A model generated the notes under the pieces. That model was not told where the DNA came from. It made no database searches and worked only from the letters and a program-made list of their open reading frames with translations. Source: an uncultured Pseudomonadales bacterium (GTDB lineage Bacteria > Pseudomonadota > Gammaproteobacteria > Pseudomonadales > CANNCY01). From it: DNA of 64,000 nt. The stretch spans positions 258,305-322,304 of the forward strand of contig CANNCY010000004.1 in assembly GCA_947503335.1 (NCBI GenBank), given 5' to 3'. Positions 10,357-19,818 of this stretch are shown here, piece by piece; position 1 is the stretch's first letter, and each line of letters opens with the position of its first letter. The translations under genes were made by a program, and so were the position numbers.

Positions 10357-10589
10357 AGGCTGTGGCTTGGGGTCAGCGCAACGATTGCGATACTCGCTAA
10401 ACCCGCTGTCAGACCCAGCTGGGCAACAAGCTCTAGCTGCGTTGCCCACTGGGCTAAATCGCTCCAGGGTGTTAGCGTTGCAAGTAGCGCTCCAGCCGCG
10501 GCCACGGCCGTTGCATATAGCGTATCGTTGATCTTCTGATAACGCTTAATACGCCGCTCAAGCTTTTCTATAAATTGCTGATCGTTCAT
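10353..10589 (-). CDS. Small membrane protein, candidate anti-sigma factor
   Basis: 78 aa with hydrophobic stretches. Its start overlaps the stop of the ECF sigma gene by 4 nt (ATGA coupling). No zinc-binding anti-sigma motif seen. Confidence 0.35.
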   Translation of the reverse strand: MNDQQFIEKLERRIKRYQKINDTLYATAVAAAGALLATLTPWSDLAQWATQLELVAQLGLTAGLASIAIVALTPSHSL

Positions 10590-11122
10590 GGTGTTTTCCT
10601 AACAAGCTGGCTTCGAACAAAGGTGTTCTTTAGCGAGCCTAACGCGCGATATAGTTGTGATTTTACAGTACTTTCGGGTTGTCCCAATAGATTTGCTATC
10701 TCGCGATGACTAAATCCTGCCTCAAAATGCAATTCTACAAGCGCTCGTTGCTTAGCGTTTAGTCGTTGCAAAATGCGATCAAACTCTAATTGATCGTCGA
10801 TGTGATGGTGCAGCTCTAGTGTCACTTCGCTTACTTCGTCTAAATCGGCCAGTTCTGGTTTAAAGCCACGATGATGGCGAATTAACTTTTGGTGGGCAAT
10901 CGCCAGAAGCCAAGAAACAAACCGTTCATTGCCTTGATAGCTATCGATATATTTGTAGGCAGCAAAAAAGGTATCTTGGGCGAGCTCTTCTGCTAGCCCG
11001 TCATCGCCCTGACAAAGGCGCTTGAGATAATTTCGCACCGGTGTCTGGGTTTGCTTGACCAGCTGCATAAATGCAGCCTGGTCATGGGTTAGCTTAACGC
11101 GCTCAACAAGCTGGTCGATCAT
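10586..11122 (-). CDS. ECF-type RNA polymerase sigma-70 family factor
   Basis: Region 2 (LAQDTFFAAYKYIDSY...FVSWLLAIAHQKLIRHHR) and region 4 HTH (FSHREIANLLGQPESTVKSQLYRALGSL). Confidence 0.85.
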   Translation of the reverse strand: MIDQLVERVKLTHDQAAFMQLVKQTQTPVRNYLKRLCQGDDGLAEELAQDTFFAAYKYIDSYQGNERFVSWLLAIAHQKLIRHHRGFKPELADLDEVSEVTLELHHHIDDQLEFDRILQRLNAKQRALVELHFEAGFSHREIANLLGQPESTVKSQLYRALGSLKNTFVRSQLVRKTP

Positions 11123-11475
11123 TTAGCAGCACGTTTTGCGAAGATGATGTACATCACGCCAATCACCGCAGGTGTGAGCCCAAACACCGCGGCCTCACCG
11201 CCACCTAAAACAGCAATCGTTAAGGTGATCAATAGCCCGATGGCGAGTAAGAGTGCACCACGGCGAAAGTCATTTTCGGCACGGTTATTGGGCATTAGGG
11301 CCTGAATTACATCGGTTGAGATGTCAGAATTAGACTCAGCTAACGACTGTAGCGTGGCAAGCTGCTTTTGCTTGGTCGACTGGCTTCGAGTGATCCAGGT
11401 GTATACGCACAGCGTAATTGAACTAAACACAACGATAGGAATGATAATTTCTGGATCCATGATAAATACTCTCAT
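11119..11475 (-). CDS. Small integral membrane protein, first gene of the ECF module
   Basis: Three hydrophobic helices. Its stop overlaps the sigma gene start (ATGA). An alternative ATG at 11460 has a GAGAG SD-like element upstream. Confidence 0.45.
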   Translation of the reverse strand: MRVFIMDPEIIIPIVVFSSITLCVYTWITRSQSTKQKQLATLQSLAESNSDISTDVIQALMPNNRAENDFRRGALLLAIGLLITLTIAVLGGGEAAVFGLTPAVIGVMYIIFAKRAAK

Positions 11476-11537
11476 TTTGTTAGAAGGTTATCTAATAGAA
11501 TCCAACTCGCCCATAAATAGTTTCAATTTTTTTAACA

Positions 11538-11564
11538 AAATAAAAAAAGCCCCCATGTGGGGGC
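11538..11564 (-). terminator. Rho-independent terminator after the OMP operon
   Basis: Read on the minus strand: GCCCCCA-CA-TGGGGGC hairpin (11549-11564) followed by TTTTTTTATTTT, 22 nt downstream of the stop at 11586. Confidence 0.75.
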
Positions 11565-11585
11565 GAGAGTCTAGAGAGTAAGTGG

Positions 11586-12761
11586 CTAAAAATTGTAATT
11601 CAATCCAATGGTGGCAATACGTGCTTCGGTATCGTCTAGCTGCACCCACGTCACCTGGGGAGGGCCACCTGGGCCAAAGCTTAGTTCGGCTTTATAAGGG
11701 CTATACACAAACTGCCCTTTAGGCTGACTGCGCGCCATGGGGTCAAAGGGGTAAGTGGCGCGATAGTGGGTCCACTCAAGATTTAAACTGAGATTGGGTT
11801 GAATATTGTACCGCAAGCCTAGTGTCCATTCGTCGCCTGATGAGGTGGTTGTGTCATAGGTTTCGCCAAAGACTGCGTACGTTGAAAACTCATCACGGTT
11901 GTATACTCCACCAAGATAATAGGCCTTAGATTGTCGGTCATCGATAAACTCAGACCACAAGTCGAATCCATTTTCAAAGTTATAGATAAGGCCGACAGAG
12001 TGTACTTCGTACTTTCCTTTTCCGATAAACAGATTGGTTGTTTGATCGCCCTCGTACAGTTCAATATCGAGTGAGGTGTCTGAGCGCATATAAGAGGCGT
12101 GCAGCTTAAATTGCTCGCCAGAAAGGTCGACCGACAGGCCACCCATATAGTCAAAGCCAAAGATCAGCGACTGATCTACGCGATACACACTCTCGGTTTG
12201 TTCAAAGCCATAGAAGGGTTCTACGGTCAACGACAACGAGTCATTTAGCGTGATCGTAGCAACGGCTTCTAGCCCCTCAAATGCAGTGATGCCCAGTAAT
12301 CGGTTATAGACCTGACTATTAGGGCGCATCCAAGGGTATGCGTTGCCCACAAAGTAATAGGCGCTATTCAATAGTAGAGGTAGTCGCAGTTTACCTGCTC
12401 TGAACTCAATCTCAGTGCTATCAAAACTAGTCTCTGACAGGTCAGGAGCATAGGCTACATAGGCCCACTCGAGATTGGGCGAGTTGTAGTTGTCTTGGGG
12501 GCGTTTAACCACCTGCATTGAGGCGCGCCAGCTATCGCTGAAATAGGCGTCTAATTGCAGACCTAAAGTGGCATCACAGTCAAAGCACCAGTCTTTTGAT
12601 ATACCGCGATGCACATACCAAGGAACAACATTATCAGAGCGAGCAGCCGAATAGGTAGCAAAGCCGCTGAGTATATATTTGTCACTGCCTAATTCGATGC
12701 CGGCATATGCCTGGCTTGCAAGAACTACCGATGAGGCAAGAACATAGTTAGCAAATTTCAT
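11586..12761 (-). CDS. Outer-membrane beta-barrel (porin-like) protein
   Basis: Signal peptide MKFANYVLASSVVLASQAYA, alternating beta-strand pattern, and a C-terminal ...IGLNYNF ending in Phe as in OMP barrels. Confidence 0.6.
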   Translation of the reverse strand: MKFANYVLASSVVLASQAYAGIELGSDKYILSGFATYSAARSDNVVPWYVHRGISKDWCFDCDATLGLQLDAYFSDSWRASMQVVKRPQDNYNSPNLEWAYVAYAPDLSETSFDSTEIEFRAGKLRLPLLLNSAYYFVGNAYPWMRPNSQVYNRLLGITAFEGLEAVATITLNDSLSLTVEPFYGFEQTESVYRVDQSLIFGFDYMGGLSVDLSGEQFKLHASYMRSDTSLDIELYEGDQTTNLFIGKGKYEVHSVGLIYNFENGFDLWSEFIDDRQSKAYYLGGVYNRDEFSTYAVFGETYDTTTSSGDEWTLGLRYNIQPNLSLNLEWTHYRATYPFDPMARSQPKGQFVYSPYKAELSFGPGGPPQVTWVQLDDTEARIATIGLNYNF

Positions 12762-13204
12762 TAGTTCACCTCCAAAACGATTAACAGATCTTCTGGCACC
12801 TGACTGGCGGGCGCATAGGCCAATCCTGTGGGATTAGCCTGAAGCCATGCAGTCAGTTCGGCGACATTAGCGGTTTTAAGTTTTTCGGGAGGTTTGGCTT
12901 TGCCAGAGAACGCAAGGCTAGCCCATTGGCTGTTGATCTGTGCTGGTGATTTATTAACCAATATTTGATAAAACTCTGAGCGTTGGGCGCTATTGTCAGG
13001 CCAGTCAAGTAACTTAACCTTGCCGACATTCTTAATCGACTTACTCTTGCCCATGAAAATCATTTTGGCCTTAGCTTTGCTAAGTTGGGGCATGCTAGGA
13101 TTGGCCGAAACGATAACATAGGGTTCTGCTATACAGTCGGCCGCATAGGTCGAGCTGCAAAATACAAACCCTAGCATCCAGAGCCAACGCGTTATCTTTG
13201 TCAT
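12761..13204 (-). CDS. Small periplasmic protein, possibly substrate-binding-like, coupled to the OMP gene
   Basis: Signal peptide, 147 aa. Its stop overlaps the OMP start by 1 nt (TAATG). Function not recognised. Confidence 0.4.
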   Translation of the reverse strand: MTKITRWLWMLGFVFCSSTYAADCIAEPYVIVSANPSMPQLSKAKAKMIFMGKSKSIKNVGKVKLLDWPDNSAQRSEFYQILVNKSPAQINSQWASLAFSGKAKPPEKLKTANVAELTAWLQANPTGLAYAPASQVPEDLLIVLEVN

Positions 13205-13376
13205 CTACATTGCGCCTACATCAAAAATCCATTTTTGAGCTAGGTACAGCGTAAGCTCAAGCATAATTCTAGTAGCGGCGCGATGGCTGTCATGGCAAAT
13301 ACTTACTAAACGGCGTTAACATTGACCTATCAGCGTCTTTAAACCTACACTGCCTGCTGATTTATAGGAGACTCCG

Positions 13377-14735
13377 ATGAAGGCCTTAACAACATTTAAG
13401 GTGGCCTTGCTTGGCGCCGTTTTTACGGCAAGCGCCACCGCTCAAATTGACCTAGACACCGCAGCGTCTTTACGAGACGCCGCACTAGATGATGATACGG
13501 GCTATCATTTTGTGCGCGACCTAACAACTGAGGTAGGCCCACGGCTTGCAGGGTCAGAAGGTGACGCGCGTGGTGTCGCGTGGACAAAAGCCCGCTTTGA
13601 ATCAATGGGCTTTGACAAGGTATGGCTAGAGCCTGTTACGTTTCCTGCGTGGGAGCGCGGCGTAGAAAAAGCAGCCGTAGTAGGGGAATACTCGCAGCCA
13701 CTATTGATTACTACCCTAGGTGGTAGTGAAGGTACTCGTGGAGTGCTTGAAGCAGAAGTGGTTGAGTTTGCAGATTACCAAGCGTTGGTCGACGCCGACG
13801 CGTCTATGGTTAAAGGCAAAATCGCCTACATTAGCAAACGCATGTATCGTCATATTGATGGCAAAGGCTATGGCGAGGCAGTGATCTCGCGTGGCAAAGG
13901 CGCAAGTATGGCCGCAAGCAAAGGCGCTGTTGCATTGTTGATCAGATCAATCGGCACCGATTCACATCGTTTACCGCACACTGGCATCATGCAGTACGAC
14001 GAGAAGCACCCAAAGATTGCCGCTGCGGCATTAAGTAACCCCGATGCAGATCAATTGAGCCGATTGCTAACTAAAGGGGCTGTATCAGTTAGCTTAGAAA
14101 TCGAAGCGGGTTGGACGGGCGAGTACACCTCGCACAATGTTATCGCTGATATTACAGGTAGCAGTAAGCCCGAGGAGATTGTCTTAATTGGAGGCCATTT
14201 AGATAGCTGGGACCTAGGCACTGGTGCCGTTGACGATGGTGCAGGGGTTGGCATCACCGTGGCAGCCGCGCATCAGCTGATAGCGCAAGGTGTAAAGCCA
14301 GAGCGTACCATTCGGGTTGTAGCTTTTGCTAACGAAGAGCAGGGGCTATATGGGGCAAAAGCCTACGCTAAAGCGCACGAAGACGAATTACACAAACATG
14401 TGGTCGCATCTGAGTCAGATTTTGGTGCAGGGCGAGTGTTTGCACTAGTGACTAAACTAAACGACGAGTATCGCAAAACTGCAGAGATGGCTGAATCTCT
14501 ATTGGCACCCTTAGGTGTAGTGATGGGCGGTAATAACGCGACAGGCGGTGGCCCAGATATTATCCCAATGGCCCAAAAAGGAGTGCCAGTGTTTCGCCTA
14601 AAGCAAGACGGCACCGACTATTTTGACTTACACCATACCGCAGATGATACATTCGACAAAATTGACCGTGATGCGTTTAATCAAAACGTAGCCGCATGGG
14701 CAACCGTTATTTATTTATTTGCAAATCATGAATAA
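13377..14735 (+). CDS. M28 family metallo-aminopeptidase (secreted)
   Basis: Signal peptide. Motifs GGHLDSWDLGTGAVDDGAG and FANEEQGLYGA are typical of M28 zinc peptidases. Confidence 0.8.
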   Translation: MKALTTFKVALLGAVFTASATAQIDLDTAASLRDAALDDDTGYHFVRDLTTEVGPRLAGSEGDARGVAWTKARFESMGFDKVWLEPVTFPAWERGVEKAAVVGEYSQPLLITTLGGSEGTRGVLEAEVVEFADYQALVDADASMVKGKIAYISKRMYRHIDGKGYGEAVISRGKGASMAASKGAVALLIRSIGTDSHRLPHTGIMQYDEKHPKIAAAALSNPDADQLSRLLTKGAVSVSLEIEAGWTGEYTSHNVIADITGSSKPEEIVLIGGHLDSWDLGTGAVDDGAGVGITVAAAHQLIAQGVKPERTIRVVAFANEEQGLYGAKAYAKAHEDELHKHVVASESDFGAGRVFALVTKLNDEYRKTAEMAESLLAPLGVVMGGNNATGGGPDIIPMAQKGVPVFRLKQDGTDYFDLHHTADDTFDKIDRDAFNQNVAAWATVIYLFANHE

Positions 14736-14745
14736 GAGATCTGAG

Positions 14746-16923
14746 ATGAAAATCAAAATTTTATTGGCTGCAATGCTGGCGACGACGCTGGTTGGATGCA
14801 GTGACAAACCAAAGCAAAACGAAGTTGAAGAAAGCGCATCTGTTACCACAACAAAAACTGAGGCATCAGTAGTTAGCGAAACCGTTGCTAGTGATCAGAA
14901 TGCTGTAGTAACTGATGATGAGTTTATCTGGCTAGAAGAAGTAGAAGGCACAGATGCACTTAAGTGGGTTGAACAAAAAAACGCCTCGACATTAGAGTAT
15001 CTAAAAGCGATTCCAGAATACGAATCGATCAAATCAGACGCATTAGAAATTCTGAATGCAAAAGATCGTATTCAATGGCCTAGTCGCCGTGGTGATTATT
15101 TATATAACTTTTGGACCGACGCAACTCACGTAAAAGGCTTGTACCGTCGTACAACAAAAGAAAGTTATATGTCGGGTAATCCTGAGTGGACTACCGTTCT
15201 AGATATCGATGCTTTGGCGGCCAAAGATGGTGAGTCGTGGGTTTATAAGGGCATGAGCTGCCTGTATCCCGACTACGTGCACTGCGCTGTTAATCTAAGC
15301 CCAGGTGGCACCGATGCAACTGTAACACGCGAATTTAATTTAGAAACACTAGCCTTTGTTGAAGGTGGCTTCGAGTTGCCAGTAGCAAAAGGTGGCTATA
15401 GCTTTATTGATAAAGATACTGTCTTTGTTGCCACAGATTTTGGAGAAGGGTCACTAACTGATTCTGGTTATCCACGCGTTGTAAAAAAATGGCAGCGCGG
15501 CACAGACTTAAGTGAAGCAAAAACAATTTTTGAAGCTAGTAAGCAATCTGTGTCGGCATCAGGTTTTGCGATGTTTGATGGAGATAAACGATATGAATTG
15601 GTGTACGACAGTACGTCTTTTTATACCTCAGATATTTACGTTTTGCATAACGATCAACCCGTTAAATTAGATTTACCTGATGGCGCAATATTGCAAGCAA
15701 TCTTTAAAGGGCAGTTGCTAATTGAACTGCGTAACGATTGGCAGTTGGCAAATCAGAGTTTTGTAAAGGGTAGTTTAGTTGCCGCCAACTTTGAAGCGCT
15801 GTTAGCCGGTGAGGCACAGTGGTATGGCGTGTTTGAACCAACCGATAGCACTAGTTTGGCGAGCGTTACAACCACCGCTGATTACTTATTCGTAAACATG
15901 AATCAAGATGTATCTAGTATGGTAGAACGTTATGAATTTAGTGAAGAAGGTTTTGTCTCAACACCTCTACAACTAGGCAACAACGGATCAATATCGATCT
16001 TTAACACCAGCGATACTGATAACGAGTTTTATGCTTCGTTTACAAACTTTGTAACTCCAACAAAACTATATCACGGTGATGCCGAGTTTTTAGAGCCCAA
16101 GGTAATTCGCGAATCGCCAGAACGTTTTGATGCGACCGGTATGCAAGTTGAACAGCACTTCGCTACCTCAAAAGATGGTACTAAGGTTCCATATTATTTG
16201 GTGAAGCCAAAAGGTTTTGAAGCAGATGGCAAAAATCCAACGTTACTGTACGGCTATGGTGGTTTTGAAATTAGCCTGCGCCCACGTTACTCGTCGATGG
16301 TGGGCAAAGAGTGGTTAGAACGCGGTGGCGTTTATGTGCTGTCAAATATTCGTGGTGGCGGTGAGTACGGCCCTCGTTGGCACCAAGCCGCGCTCCTTAA
16401 AAATCGTATGAAAGCGTACGATGATTTTATCGCTATCGCAGAAGATCTAGTTGCTAAGAAAGTGACCTCGCCCGAACACTTAGGTATTCAAGGTGGTTCT
16501 AACGGTGGCTTACTAGTGGGTGCGGTAACCATGTTACGCCCAGACTTATTCAACGCAGTTGTTTGTCAGGTACCATTGTTAGATATGAAACGCTTCCATA
16601 AGCTACTAGCGGGTGCGTCTTGGATGGGCGAGTACGGCAATCCAGATGACGAAGCGATGTGGTCAGTGATTCAAACCTACAGCCCCTATCAGAATGTAAA
16701 GCCTGATGTTGAATACCCAGAAATATTCTTTACTACGTCAACTAAAGATGACCGTGTGCACCCTGGTCATGCTCGTAAAATGGTTGCCCGAATGGAAGCG
16801 ATGGGCCACAAGGTTTACTACTACGAAAATATGGAAGGCGGTCATGCTGGCGCTGCCGATAATAACCAGCGTGCAGATGTTTATGCCCGCGTGTACGCCT
16901 ACCTATGGGACAAGCTGAAATAA
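14746..16923 (+). CDS. Prolyl oligopeptidase family (S9A) serine peptidase, lipoprotein
   Basis: Lipobox LVGC after MKIKILLAAMLATT (start at ATG 14746 rather than 14719). Catalytic Ser motif GGSNGGLL, later DDRV and GGHAG, with an N-terminal beta-propeller-sized region. Confidence 0.85.
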   Translation: MKIKILLAAMLATTLVGCSDKPKQNEVEESASVTTTKTEASVVSETVASDQNAVVTDDEFIWLEEVEGTDALKWVEQKNASTLEYLKAIPEYESIKSDALEILNAKDRIQWPSRRGDYLYNFWTDATHVKGLYRRTTKESYMSGNPEWTTVLDIDALAAKDGESWVYKGMSCLYPDYVHCAVNLSPGGTDATVTREFNLETLAFVEGGFELPVAKGGYSFIDKDTVFVATDFGEGSLTDSGYPRVVKKWQRGTDLSEAKTIFEASKQSVSASGFAMFDGDKRYELVYDSTSFYTSDIYVLHNDQPVKLDLPDGAILQAIFKGQLLIELRNDWQLANQSFVKGSLVAANFEALLAGEAQWYGVFEPTDSTSLASVTTTADYLFVNMNQDVSSMVERYEFSEEGFVSTPLQLGNNGSISIFNTSDTDNEFYASFTNFVTPTKLYHGDAEFLEPKVIRESPERFDATGMQVEQHFATSKDGTKVPYYLVKPKGFEADGKNPTLLYGYGGFEISLRPRYSSMVGKEWLERGGVYVLSNIRGGGEYGPRWHQAALLKNRMKAYDDFIAIAEDLVAKKVTSPEHLGIQGGSNGGLLVGAVTMLRPDLFNAVVCQVPLLDMKRFHKLLAGASWMGEYGNPDDEAMWSVIQTYSPYQNVKPDVEYPEIFFTTSTKDDRVHPGHARKMVARMEAMGHKVYYYENMEGGHAGAADNNQRADVYARVYAYLWDKLK

Positions 16924-16924
16924 C

Positions 16925-17791
16925 ATGCCAAAGATTATTAGCGGGCTAGTTGTTTGGGCGAGCAGTTTGCTCGCCCATGCAAATCCGGTCGAAGTGGCGT
17001 TGTACGAAGGTGATATCCCGTTATCTAAGCCGCATCAAGTGCAAGAACATATCGCAGATTGTTTTGGTGTGCTCTGTGCCTATAACGTTGTTACCCCTAC
17101 AGTAACCGTTTACAAGGCGAACACCGATCAACCCGCGCCAATGGTCTTAATCTTTGCGGGTGGTGGATACAGCGTTCAGGCTATTTTTCATGAAGGCGCC
17201 GACGTTGCTAAGGTGTTTGTTGAACAAGGTGTTCATGCTGCTGTAGTGAAATACCGATTACCAAACAAGGCCATATCTGATGTTCCTGAAAAGCTGCCTA
17301 TCACCGATGCGATCAGCGCAGCAGAGAGCATTGAAAAAATGGCTAAAGACATAGAAATTTCTAAGCTAGGCGTGATGGGTTTTTCGGCAGGCAGTCACCT
17401 AGCTACCGACATTAGTTTAGCTCGCCCAGATCTAATTGATTTTTCACTATTGGTGTACGGGGTTACTGTGCCCTCAGAATCAAACCTCACTTGGTTAAAG
17501 AACGATCTGTTCAAACGTGAGCTAACCAGTGATGAAAAAGCTTACTATGATTTTGTAGGGCGAGTGTCTAACAAAACACCCGCTACATTTTTAGTACATT
17601 CGATTGATGACGATGTTTGTCACTATCACGAAACTACAAAGTACTACGAAGCATTATTGCAAAACGATGTGCATGCCGAAATGCATCTATTCGCAACGGG
17701 CGGTCATGGATTTGGATTAGGGCGAGCAAAGGATGGCACCGACCAGTGGCCAACACTTGCCGCTAACTTTATCAAACGCCTAGATCACTGA
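16925..17791 (+). CDS. Alpha/beta hydrolase (esterase/lipase-like)
   Basis: GxSxG nucleophile elbow (GFSAGSH), oxyanion-type FAGGGY, C-terminal HGF. Confidence 0.7.
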   Translation: MPKIISGLVVWASSLLAHANPVEVALYEGDIPLSKPHQVQEHIADCFGVLCAYNVVTPTVTVYKANTDQPAPMVLIFAGGGYSVQAIFHEGADVAKVFVEQGVHAAVVKYRLPNKAISDVPEKLPITDAISAAESIEKMAKDIEISKLGVMGFSAGSHLATDISLARPDLIDFSLLVYGVTVPSESNLTWLKNDLFKRELTSDEKAYYDFVGRVSNKTPATFLVHSIDDDVCHYHETTKYYEALLQNDVHAEMHLFATGGHGFGLGRAKDGTDQWPTLAANFIKRLDH

Positions 17792-18261
17792 ATTTTTTCG
17801 TGAAAGTGATCTTCTGACGGGGCCATGCTTGCGCGCATTGAGCGCGCAGCAACCCATATTTCGCTTAAAAAGAATCCTAGTGCAATAGCCAGTAGTGACA
17901 TTGCAACGATAAACAGGCCGCCAACGACCACTGCAAACGCGTGACCAAGCCCATTACCTATGAACAGTGAAATGATCACTAGGCAGATGGCTAACGCGCC
18001 ACCTGTGGCAGCGCCAATTGCCCAATTAATACGGTTACTTCTAATTTGCAGCGCGCGCTTTTCAGCGGCGATAATGGCTAATTCTTCACTTGATGTAAGA
18101 CGACCCTCAGAGCGCGACAATACGCGCACTCGGTCGATGATGCGGCCTAATCGGTTAGTGAGCACACCTAGCATGCCGGCGATACCTGCGATTAAAAATA
18201 CAGGAGCAATCGCAATCTGAATAATTTCAGAAACGTCATCGAGGGTCATCAAATCAAACAT
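17785..18261 (-). CDS. Integral membrane protein (DUF2721-like)
   Basis: Three long hydrophobic helices. Converges on the esterase gene and overlaps it by 7 nt. Confidence 0.45.
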   Translation of the reverse strand: MFDLMTLDDVSEIIQIAIAPVFLIAGIAGMLGVLTNRLGRIIDRVRVLSRSEGRLTSSEELAIIAAEKRALQIRSNRINWAIGAATGGALAICLVIISLFIGNGLGHAFAVVVGGLFIVAMSLLAIALGFFLSEIWVAARSMRASMAPSEDHFHEKIQ

Positions 18262-18331
18262 GCTAGGCCTTTGTGTTGAGTGATCAATAGTGTTTAATCT
18301 AACGTAGCTATATGACAGAAAAAAGGTAAGT

Positions 18332-18961
18332 ATGTCGGTTAATGTTTTATATACGTTCAGACGTTGCCCCTATGCGATGCGAGCGCGCGTTACCCTAAGG
18401 GCGGCGCAAGCAACGGTGGGTTGGCGTGAAATCCTGTTAAAAGATAAGCCATCGGCGATGCTTGAGGCATCACCAAAGGGCACAGTACCGGTACTAGTGC
18501 TAGCAGATGGTACCGTGATAGACGAAAGCCGTGATGTCATGAAGTGGGCAATAGATAACAGTACGAGCCTGCCATTTGACGCACAATGGCAGCAAAGCCG
18601 AGACTGGTTAGATCGTAATGACGATCATTTTAAATATTGGCTAGATCGCTATAAGTATTCGGTAGGCTATCCCGAGCATACTGAGGGCTATTACCGAGAA
18701 CAGGCCGAGCAGTTTATTCAGTTACTAGAAGACAAGTTGGCCAATTCGCCCTATCTGCTAGGCGACGAAATAACCGCTGCTGATTTGGGGGTGTTCCCAT
18801 TTGTGCGGCAGTTCGCCATGGTTGACCAAGGTTGGTTCTTTAGTTCGCACTATACAAACGTACAAACTTGGTTAAGCCAATGGTTAGAACACCCATGGTT
18901 CACGTCAGTGATGCACAAACGCGACCCCTGGCAAGAGGGCGACGAAGAGGTTTACCTATGA
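18332..18961 (+). CDS. Glutathione S-transferase family protein (Cys-type N-terminal thioredoxin fold)
   Basis: N-terminal FRRCPYAMRAR and GTVPVL motifs. C-terminal helical domain. Confidence 0.65.
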   Translation: MSVNVLYTFRRCPYAMRARVTLRAAQATVGWREILLKDKPSAMLEASPKGTVPVLVLADGTVIDESRDVMKWAIDNSTSLPFDAQWQQSRDWLDRNDDHFKYWLDRYKYSVGYPEHTEGYYREQAEQFIQLLEDKLANSPYLLGDEITAADLGVFPFVRQFAMVDQGWFFSSHYTNVQTWLSQWLEHPWFTSVMHKRDPWQEGDEEVYL

Positions 18962-19773
18962 CAGACCAAAATCAACATCAGGCACCTAACAATCAGCCGC
19001 GACAGACCGCACGGCAGAGTATTTGGGGGCTATTGGGCCTAGCATTTAAATTATTGAAAAGTGGCGGTGCCATTAAGGTAGCGCTTGCAGGGGCAAGCTT
19101 TGCGGCCTATTCATATGTGTTCAATTGGCAGTTTGCGGTATTGTTGATCGCTTGCCTCGTATTCCATGAATATGGCCATCTACGAGCCATGAAGAAAATG
19201 GGCATCAAGACTAAGGGTATCTATCTCATTCCATTCTTTGGTGGCGCAGCCGTTCAAGAAGAGTGGTGCAAAACCCGTTGGGAAGAGGTGTATATCGCTA
19301 TGATGGGGCCGGTCTACGGCTTGATTATGACGTTAGCGTTTTACGCTATTTACTTAGCGACCGATAGCCACACCATGGCAGCTGCCGCCTCGTTTAGCGC
19401 GTTATTAAACCTGTTTAATCTATTGCCCATATACCCAATGGATGGCGGGCGAGTAATCAAGGGTATCGCCTTTTCTATAGGCTCACGCATTGGTATCGCC
19501 GTTTTGGCGCTATCAATAGCCTTTGGCGTATATCTGATGTTCACCTTTCACCTCGCCCTGTTAGGCTTGCTAACTATTTTGGGCGCGGTCGAGCTATTTG
19601 CGAGCTTTAAAGAGCGTCATTTTACGCAATTGGCGCCGTTGTCAGCGTTCGGTAATGTCGTTTCAATCGCCTGGTACTTGGGTACTGCCGCGGCACTAGT
19701 GGCGATCATTTGGGCCGTTGCAACCAGTGATGTTGTCGGTGCACAGATTCCTGCGGTAATTCTGAATACCTAA
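18958..19773 (+). CDS. M50 (site-2 protease family) membrane metalloprotease
   Basis: HExxH in a TM helix (FHEYGHLRAM) and several TM helices. The ATG at 18958 overlaps the GST stop (ATGA). The longer ORF-track start at 18868 would overlap GST by 94 nt. Confidence 0.7.
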   Translation: MTDQNQHQAPNNQPRQTARQSIWGLLGLAFKLLKSGGAIKVALAGASFAAYSYVFNWQFAVLLIACLVFHEYGHLRAMKKMGIKTKGIYLIPFFGGAAVQEEWCKTRWEEVYIAMMGPVYGLIMTLAFYAIYLATDSHTMAAAASFSALLNLFNLLPIYPMDGGRVIKGIAFSIGSRIGIAVLALSIAFGVYLMFTFHLALLGLLTILGAVELFASFKERHFTQLAPLSAFGNVVSIAWYLGTAAALVAIIWAVATSDVVGAQIPAVILNT

Positions 19774-19818
19774 CCCATAAATCACTCAGTTTAGTTGTAG
19801 GCGGTCTATGCTAAAGAA

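Noticed and set aside
10271-10531. Plus-strand ORF of 86 aa overlapping the end of the SRPBCC gene and the small anti-sigma-like gene.
   Set aside because: It overlaps two better-supported genes and its Arg/Ser/Leu-rich composition is typical of a spurious frame.
18868-18957. Upstream extension of the M50 protease ORF (ORF-track start 18868).
   Set aside because: It would overlap the GST gene by 94 nt and encodes an Arg/Pro-rich non-membrane leader. The ATG at 18958 gives a classic ATGA stop/start coupling.
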